Assembly (NCBI GenBank): GCA_964057225.1
Contig: CAXKVF010000076.1
Coordinates: forward strand, 62,001-126,000
Length of the DNA stretch: 64,000 nt
Source of the DNA: Auanema rhodensis
Taxonomy: Eukaryota > Animalia > Nematoda
Direction of reading: 5' to 3'
The notes below the pieces were generated by a model. That model saw nothing but the letters and a program-made list of their open reading frames with translations. It was not told where the DNA came from and ran no database searches. Shown here in pieces: positions 55,265 to 64,000 of this stretch (the stretch's first letter is position 1; every line of letters starts with the position of its first letter). The position numbers and the translations under genes are program-made.

Positions 55265-57552
55265 TTCACGTGAAAGATAAAGAGATGCGGTTTTCAAAAT
55301 TAGATTCCCCATGTCCATATTAGTCTAAAAACAAATTTTTATTGATATTGGTTCATGGTAACCATGACTTTGAAATTTACGTGAACTTTAATTTATGCTA
55401 ATTAAATGTACACGTGATGTGCACTTGGTATGTAACTCGCTTCACGTGAAAGATAAAGAGATGCGGTTTTCAAAATTAGATTCCCCATGTCCATATTAGT
55501 CTAAAAACAGATTTTTATTGATATTAGTTCATGGTAACCATGACTTTGAAATTTACGTGAACTTTAATTTATGCTAATTAAATGTACACGTGATGTGCAC
55601 TTGGTATGTAACTCGCTTCACGTGAAAGATAAAGAGATGCGGTTTTCAAAATTAGATTCCCCATGTCCATATTAGTCTAAAAACAAATTTTTATTGATAT
55701 TGGTTCATGGTAACCATGACTTTGAAATTTACGTGAACTTTAATTTATGCTAATTAAATGTACACGTGATGTGCACTTGGTATGTAACTCGCTTCACGTG
55801 AAAGATAAAGAGATGCGGTTTTCAAAATTAGATTCCCCATGTCCATATTAGTCTAAAAACAAATTTTTATTGATATTGCTTCATGGTAACCATGACTTTG
55901 AAATTTACGTGAACTTTAATTTATGCTAATTAAATGTACACGTGATGTGCACTTGGTATGTAACTCGCTTCACGTGAAAGATAAAGAGATGCGGTTTTCA
56001 AAATTAGATTCCCCATGTCCATATTAGTCTAAAAACAAATTTTTATTGATATTGGTGAATGGTAACCATGACTTTGAAATTTACGTGAACTTTAATTTAT
56101 GCTAATTAAATGTACACGTGATGTGCACTTGGTATGTAACTCGCTTCACGTGAAAGATGAAGAGATGCGGTTTTCAAAATTAGATTCCTCATGTCCATAT
56201 TAGTCTAAAAACAAATTTTTATTGATATTGGTTCATGGTAACCATGACTTTGAAATTTACGTGAACTTTAATTTATGCTAATTAAATGTACACGTGATGT
56301 GCACTTGGTATGTAACTCGCTTCACGTGAAAGATAAAGAGATGCGGTTTTCAAAATTAGATTCCCCATGTCCATATTAGTCTAAAAACAAATTTTTATTG
56401 ATATTGGTGAATGGTAACCATGACTTTGAAATTTACGTGAACTTTAATTTATGCTAATTAAATGTACACGTGATGTGCACTTGGTATGTAACTCGCTTCA
56501 CGTGAAAGATGAAGAGATGCGGTTTTCAAAATTAGATTCCTCATGTCCATATTAGTCTAAAAACAAATTTTTATTGATATTGGTTCATGGTAACCATGAC
56601 TTTGAAATTTACGTGAACTTTAATTTATGCTAATTAAATGTACACGTGATGTGCACTTGGTATGTAACTCGCTTCACGTGAAAGATAAAGAGATGCGGTT
56701 TTCAAAATTAGATTCCCCATGTCCATATTAGTCTAAAAACAAATTTTTATTGATATTGGTACATGGTAACCATGACTTTGAAATTTACGTGAACTTTAAT
56801 TTATGCTAATTAAATGTACACGTGATGTGCACTTGGTATGTAACTCGCTTCACGTGAAAGATAAAGAGATTCGGTTTTCAAAATTAGATTCCCCATGTCC
56901 ATATTAGTCTAAAAACAAATTTTTATTGATATTGGTTCATGGTAACCATGACTTTGAAATTTACGTGAACTTTAATTTATGCTAATTAAATGTACACGTG
57001 ATGTGCACTTGGTATGTAACTCGCTTCACGTGAAAGATAAAGAGATGCGGTTTTCAAAATTAGATTCCCCATGTCCATATTAGTCTAAAAACAAATTTTT
57101 ATTGATATTGGTTCATGGTAACCATGACTTTGAAATTTACGTGAACTTTAATTTATGCTAATTAAATGTACACGTGATGTGCACTTGGTATGTAACTCGC
57201 TTCACGTGAAAGATAAAGAGATGCGGTTTTCAAAATTAGATTCCCCATGTCCATATTAGTCTAAAAACAAATTTTTATTGATATTGGTTCATGGTAACCA
57301 TGACTTTGAAATTTACGTGAACTTTAATTTATGCTAATTAAATGTACACGTGATGTGCACTTGGTATGTAACTCGCTTCACGTGAAAGATAAAGAGATGC
57401 GGTTTTCAAAATTAGATTCCCCATGTCCATATTAGTCTAAAAACAAATTTTTATTAATATTGGTGCATGGTAACCATGACTTTGAAATTTACGTGAACTT
57501 TAATTTATGCTAATTAAATGTACACGTGATGTGCACTTGGTATGTAACTCGC

Positions 57553-60500
57553 TTCACGTGAAAGATAAAGAGATGCGGTTTTCAAAATTAGATTCCTCAT
57601 GTCTATATTAGTCTAAAAACAAATTTTTATTGATATTGGTTCATGGTAACCATGACTTTGAAATTTACGTGAACTTTAATTTATGCTAATTAAATGTACA
57701 CGTGATGTGCACTTGGTATGTAACTCGCTTCACGTGAAAGATAAAGAGATGCGGTTTTCAAAATTAGATTCCCCATGTCCATATTAGTCTAAAAACAAAT
57801 TTTTATTGATATTGCTTCATGGTAACCATGACTTTGAAATTTACGTGAACTTTAATTTATGCTAATTAAATGTACACGTGATGTGCACTTGGTATGTAAC
57901 TCGCTTCACGTGAAAGATAAAGAGATGCGGTTTTCAAAATTAGATTCCCCATGTCCATATTAGTCTCAACACAAATTTTTATTGATATTGCTTCATGGTA
58001 ACCATGACTTTGAAATTTACGTGAACTTTAATTTATGCTAATTAAATGTACACGTGATGTGCACTTGGTATGTAACTCGCTTCACGTGAAAGATAAAGAG
58101 ATGCGGTTTGCAAAATTAGATTCCCCATGTCCATATTAGTCTAAAAACAAATTTTTATTGATATTGCTTCATGGTAACCATGACTTTGAAATTTACGTGA
58201 ACTTTAATTTATGCTAATTAAATGTACACGTGATGTGCTCTTGGTATGTAACTCGCTTCACGTGAAAGATAAAGAAATGCGGTTTTCAAAATTAGATTCC
58301 CCATGTCCATATTAGTCTAAAAACAAATTTTTATTGATATTGGTTCATGGTAACCATGACTTTGAAATTTACGTGAACTTTAATTTATGCTAATTAAATG
58401 TACACGTGATGTGCACTTGGTATGTAACTCGCTTCACGTGAAAGATAAAGAGATGCGGTTTTCAAAATTAGATTCCCCATGTCCATATTAGTCTAAAAAC
58501 AAATTTTTATTGATATTGCTTCATGGTAACCATGACTTTGAAATTTACGTGAACTTTAATTTATGCTAATTAAATGTACACGTGATGTGCACTTGGTATG
58601 TAACTCGCTTCACGTGAATGATAAAGAGATGCGGTTTTCAAAATTAGATTCCCCATGTCCATATTAGTCTAAAAACAAATTTTTATTGATATTGCTTCAT
58701 GGTAACCATGACTTTGAAATTTACGTGAACTTTAATTTATGCTAATTAAATGTACACGTGATGTGCACTTGGTATGTAACTCGCTCCACGTGAAAGATAA
58801 AGAGATGCGGTTTTCAAAATTAGATTCCCCATGTCCATATTAGTCTAAAAACAAATTTTTATTGTTATTGGTGCATGGTAACCATGACTTTGAAATTTAC
58901 GTGAACTTTAATTTATGCTAATTAAATGTACACGTGATGTGCACTTGGTATGTAACTCGCTTCACGTGAAAGATAAAGAGATGCGGTTTTCAAAATTAGA
59001 TTCCCCATGTCCATATTAGTCTAAAAACAAATTTTTATTGATATTTGTGCATGGTAACCATGACTTTGAAATTTACGTGAACTTTAATTTATGCTAATTA
59101 AATGTACACGTGATGTGCACTTGGTATGTAACTCGCTTCACGTGAAAGATGAAGAGATGCGGTTTTCAAAATTAGATTCCCCATGTCCATATTAGTCTAA
59201 AAACAAATTTTTATTGATATTGGTTCATGGTAACCATGACTTTGAAATTTACGTGAACTTTAATTTATGCTAATTAAATATACACGTGATGTGCACTTGG
59301 TATGTAACTCGCTTCACGTGAAAGATAAAGAGATGCGGTTTTCAAAATTAGATTCCCCATGTCCATATTAGTCTAAAAACAAATTTTTATTGATATTGGT
59401 GCATGGTAACCATGACTTTGAAATTTACGTGAACTTTAATTTATGCTAATTAAATGTACACGTGATGTGCACTTGGTATGTAACTCGCTTCACGTGAAAG
59501 ATAAAGAGATGCGGTTTTTAAAATTAGATTCCCCATGTCCATATTAGTCTAAAAACAAATTTTTATTGATATTGGTTCATGGTAACCATGACTTTGAAAT
59601 TTACGTGAACTTTAATTTATGCTAATTAAATGTACACGTGATGTGCACTTGGTATGTAACTCGCTTCACGTGAAAGATAAAGAGATGCGGTTTTCAAAAT
59701 TAGATTCCCCATGTCCATATTAGTCTAAAAACAAATTTTTATTGATATTGGTTCATGGTAACCATGACTTTGAAATTTACGTGAACTTTAATTTATGCTA
59801 ATTAAATGTACACGTGATGTGCACTTGGTATGTAACTCGCTTCACGTGAAAGATAAAGAGATGCGGTTTTCAAAATTAGATTCCCCATGTCCATATTAGT
59901 CTAAAAACAAATTTTTATTGATATTGGTTCATGGTAACCATGACTTTGAAATTTACGTGAACTTTAATTTATGCTAATTAAATGTACACGTGATGTGCAC
60001 TTGGTATGTAACTCGCTTCACGTGAAAGATAAAGAGATGCGGTTTTCAAAATTAGATTCCCCATGTCCATATTAGTCTAAAAACAAATTTTTATTGATAT
60101 TGGTTCATGGTAACCATGACTTTGAATTTTACGTGAACTTTAATTTATGCTAATTAAATGTACACGTGATGTGCACTTGGTATGTAACTCGCTTCACGTG
60201 AAAGATAAAGAGATGCAGTTTTCAAAATTAGATTCCCCATGTCCATATTAGTCTAAAAACAAATTTTTATTGATATTGGTTCATGGTAACCATGACTTTG
60301 AAATTTACGTGAACTTTAATTTATGCTAATTAAATGTACACGTGATGTGCACTTGGTATGTAACTCGCTTCACGTGAAAGATAAAGAGATGCGGTTTTCA
60401 AAATTAGATTCCCCATGTCCATATTAGTCTAAAAACAAATTTTTATTGATATTGCTTCATGATAACCATGACTTTGAAATTTACGTGAACTTTAATTTAT

Positions 60501-63360
60501 GCTAATTAAATGTACACGTGATGTGCACTTGGTATGTAACTCGCTTCACGTGAAAGATAAAGAGATGCGGTTTTTAAAATTAGATTCCTCATGTCCATAT
60601 TAGTCTAAAAACAAATTTTTATTGATATTGGTGCATGGTAACCATGACTTTGAAATTTACGTGAACTTTAATTTATGCTAATTAAATGTACACGTGATGT
60701 GCACTTGGTATGTAACTCGCTTCACGTGAAAGATAAAGAGATGCGGTTTTCAAAATTAGATTCCCCATGTCCATATTAGTCTAAAAACAAATTTTTATTG
60801 ATATTGGTGAATGGTAACCATGACTTTGAAATTTACGTGAACTTTAATTTATGCTAATTAAATGTACACGTGATGTGCACTTGGTATGTAACTCGCTTCA
60901 CGTGAAAGATAAAGAGATGCAGTTTTCAAAATCAGATTCCCCATGTCCATATTAGTCTAAAAACAAATTTTTATTGATATTGGTTCATGGTAACCATGAC
61001 TTTGAAATTTACGTGAACTTTAATTTATGCTAATTAAATGTACACGTGATGTGCACTTGGTATGTAACTCGCTTCACGTGAAAGATAAAGAGATGCGGTT
61101 TTCAAAATTAGATTCCTCATGTCTATATTAGTCTAAAAACAAATTTTTATTGATATTGGTGCATGGTAACCATGACTTTGAAATTTACGTGAACTTTAAT
61201 TTATGCTAATTAAATGTACACGTGATGTGCACTTGGTATGTAACTCGCTTCACGTGAAAGATAAAGAGATGCGGTTTTCAAAATTAGATTCCTCATGTCT
61301 ATATTAGTCTAAAAACAAATTTTTATTGATATTGGTTCATGGTAACCATGACTTTGAAATTTACGTGAACTTTAATTTATGCTAATTAAATGTACACGTG
61401 ATGTGCACTTGGTATGTAACTCGCTTCACGTGAAAGATAAAGAGATGCGGTTTTCAAAATTAGATTCCCCATGTCCATATTAGTCTAAAAACAAATTTTT
61501 ATTGATATTGCTTCATGGTAACCATGACTTTGAAATTTACGTGAACTTTAATTTATGCTAATTAAATGTACACGTGATGTGCACTTGGTATGTAACTCGC
61601 TTCACGTGAAAGATAAAGAGATGCGGTTTTCAAAATTAGATTTCCCATGTCCATATTAGTCTCAACACAAATTTTTATTGATATTGCTTCATGGTAACCA
61701 TGACTTTGAAATTTACGTGAACTTTAATTTATGCTAATTAAATGTACACGTGATGTGCACTTGGTATGTAACTCGCTTCACGTGAAAGATAAAGAGATGC
61801 GGTTTGCAAAATTAGATTCCCCATGTCCATATTAGTCTAAAAACAAATTTTTATTGATATTGCTTCATGGTAACCATGACTTTGAAATTTACGTGAACTT
61901 TAATTTATGCTAATTAAATGTACACGTGATGTGCTCTTGGTATGTAACTCGCTTCACGTGAAAGATAAAGAAATGCGGTTTTCAAAATTAGATTCCCCAT
62001 GTCCATATTAGTCTAAAAACAAATTTTTATTGATATTGGTTCATGGTAACCATGACTTTGAAATTTACGTGAACTTTAATTTATGCTAATTAAATGTACA
62101 CGTGATGTGCACTTGGTATGTAACTCGCTTCACGTGAAAGATAAAGAGATGCGGTTTTCAAAATTAGATTCCCCATGTCCATATTAGTCTAAAAACAAAT
62201 TTTTATTGATATTGCTTCATGGTAACCATGACTTTGAAATTTACGTGAACTTTAATTTATGCTAATTAAATGTACACGTGATGTGCACTTGGTATGTAAC
62301 TCGCTTCACGTGAATGATAAAGAGATGCGGTTTTCAAAATTAGATTCCCCATGTCCATATTAGTCTAAAAACAAATTTTTATTGATATTGCTTCATGGTA
62401 ACCATGACTTTGAAATTTACGTGAACTTTAATTTATGCTAATTAAATGTACACGTGATGTGCACTTGGTATGTAACTCGCTCCACGTGAAAGATAAAGAG
62501 ATGCGGTTTTCAAAATTAGATTCCCCATGTCCATATTAGTCTAAAAACAAATTTTTATTGATATTGGTGCATGGTAACCATGACTTTGAAATTTACGTGA
62601 ACTTTAATTTATGCTAATTAAATGTACACGTGATGTGCACTTGGTATGTAACTCGCTTCACGTGAAAGATAAAGAGATGCGGTTTTCAAAATTAGATTCC
62701 CCATGTCCATATTAGTCTAAAAACAAATTTTTATTGATATTTGTGCATGGTAACCATGACTTTGAAATTTACGTGAACTTTAATTTATGCTAATTAAATG
62801 TACACGTGATGTGCACTTGGTATGTAACTCGCTTCACGTGAAAGATGAAGAGATGCGGTTTTCAAAATTAGATTCCCCATGTCCATATTAGTCTAAAAAC
62901 AAATTTTTATTGATATTGGTTCATGGTAACCATGACTTTGAAATTTACGTGAACTTTAATTTATGCTAATTAAATATACACGTGATGTGCACTTGGTATG
63001 TAACTCGCTTCACGTGAAAGATAAAGAGATGCGGTTTTCAAAATTAGATTCCCCATGTCCATATTAGTCTAAAAACAAATTTTTATTGATATTGGTGCAT
63101 GGTAACCATGACTTTGAAATTTACGTGAACTTTAATTTATGCTAATTAAATGTACACGTGATGTGCACTTGGTATGTAACTCGCTTCACGTGAAAGATAA
63201 AGAGATGCGGTTTTTAAAATTAGATTCCCCATGTCCATATTAGTCTAAAAACAAATTTTTATTGATATTGGTTCATGGTAACCATGACTTTGAAATTTAC
63301 GTGAACTTTAATTTATGCTAATTAAATGTACACGTGATGTGCACTTGGTATGTAACTCGC
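57553..63360 (+). repeat. 21-monomer (3696 bp) offset duplication, monomers 328-339 vs 349-360
   Basis: A11T (m334/355), T2C (m335/356), TGTGC allele (m336/357), A15G+G144A (m337/358), C31T (m339/360). Confidence 0.9.
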
Positions 63361-64000
63361 TTCACGTGAAAGATAAAGAGATGCGGATTTCAAAATTAGA
63401 TTCCCCATGTCCATATTAGTCTAAAAACAAATTTTTATTGATATTGCTTCATGGTAACCATGACTTTGAAATTTACGTGAACTTTAATTTATGCTAATTA
63501 AATGTACACGTGATGTGCTCTTGGTATGTAACTCGCTTCACGTGAAAGATAAAGAAATGCGGTTTTCAAAATTAGATTCCCCATGTCCATATTAGTCTAA
63601 AAACAAATTTTTATTGATATTGGTTCATGGTAACCATGACTTTGAAATTTACGTGAACTTTAATTTATGCTAATTAAATGTACACGTGATGTGCACTTGG
63701 TATGTAACTCGCTTCACGTGAAAGATAAAGAGATGCGGTTTGCAAAATTAGATTCCCCATGTCCATATTAGTCTCAACACAAATTTTTATTGATATTGCT
63801 TCATGGTAACCATGACTTTGAAATTTACGTGAACTTTAATTTATGCTAATTAAATGTACACGTGATGTGCACTTGGTATGTAACTCGCTTCACGTGAAAG
63901 ATAAAGAGATGCGGTTTGCAAAATTAGATTCCCCATGTCCATATTAGTCTAAAAACAAATTTTTATTGATATTGCTTCATGGTAACCATGACTTTGAAAT

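Larger units (their letters stand above)
1..64000 (+). repeat. 176-bp tandem satellite DNA array (~363.6 monomers), probably centromeric or pericentromeric; family not identified
   Basis: TTCACGTGAA recurs at 1, 177, 353 and so on. It begins every line at 2640k+1 (15 x 176) from 1 to 63361. The array runs off both ends of the window. The repeat is seen directly; the centromeric role is inferred from the nucleosome-scale monomer length and high homogeneity. Confidence 0.99.

Noticed and set aside
1-64000. CRISPR array
   Set aside because: There are no unique spacers. The entire 176-bp unit is repeated, and there are no cas genes or leader.
1-64000. Repetitive protein-coding ORF
   Set aside because: 176 is not a multiple of 3, so any reading frame cycles through all three phases. 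The monomer is dense in TAA/TAG/TGA on both strands, so no long ORF can persist.
1-64000. 5S rDNA, tRNA or snRNA tandem gene cluster, or telomeric repeat
   Set aside because: There is no recognisable 5S, tRNA or snRNA sequence or Pol III A/B/C boxes. The GGTTAG at 15475 and 22515 is an isolated point variant, not a telomeric tract.
1-64000. Variant order as an information-bearing code or programmed diversification system
   Set aside because: The variant patterns are adequately explained by point mutation plus in-register duplication and conversion. No associated enzyme gene or template is present in the window.

Overview
The whole 64 kb window is one uninterrupted head-to-tail tandem satellite array: about 363.6 copies of a 176-bp, AT-rich monomer (~32% GC by hand count), all on the same strand. 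Consensus: TTCACGTGAAAGATAAAGAGATGCGGTTTTCAAAATTAGATTCCCCATGTCCATATTAGTCTAAAAACAAATTTTTATTGATATTGGTTCATGGTAACCATGACTTTGAAATTTACGTGAACTTTAATTTATGCTAATTAAATGTACACGTGATGTGCACTTGGTATGTAACTCGC. Monomer n starts at 176(n-1)+1. Copies differ from the consensus by 0-5 substitutions and I saw no indel, insertion or inversion. There are no genes, RNA genes, transposons or CRISPR arrays. Monomer size and homogeneity fit a eukaryotic (peri)centromeric satellite, but I do not recognise the family or the organism. The hidden structure is in the variants. Read by hand as a barcode, they show nested tandem duplications and higher-order repeats (periods of 2, 3, 7, 8, 9, 10, 11, 13, 17, 20, 21 and 40 monomers), three variant-defined domains, and a recurrence of the same monomer order 312 monomers (54,912 bp) apart. 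The monomer itself carries a degenerate ~84-bp fold-back, several short dyads and three ACGTGA motifs spaced 32-33 bp. I found no evidence for a novel gene-encoded system. All variant calls were made by eye and should be confirmed computationally.
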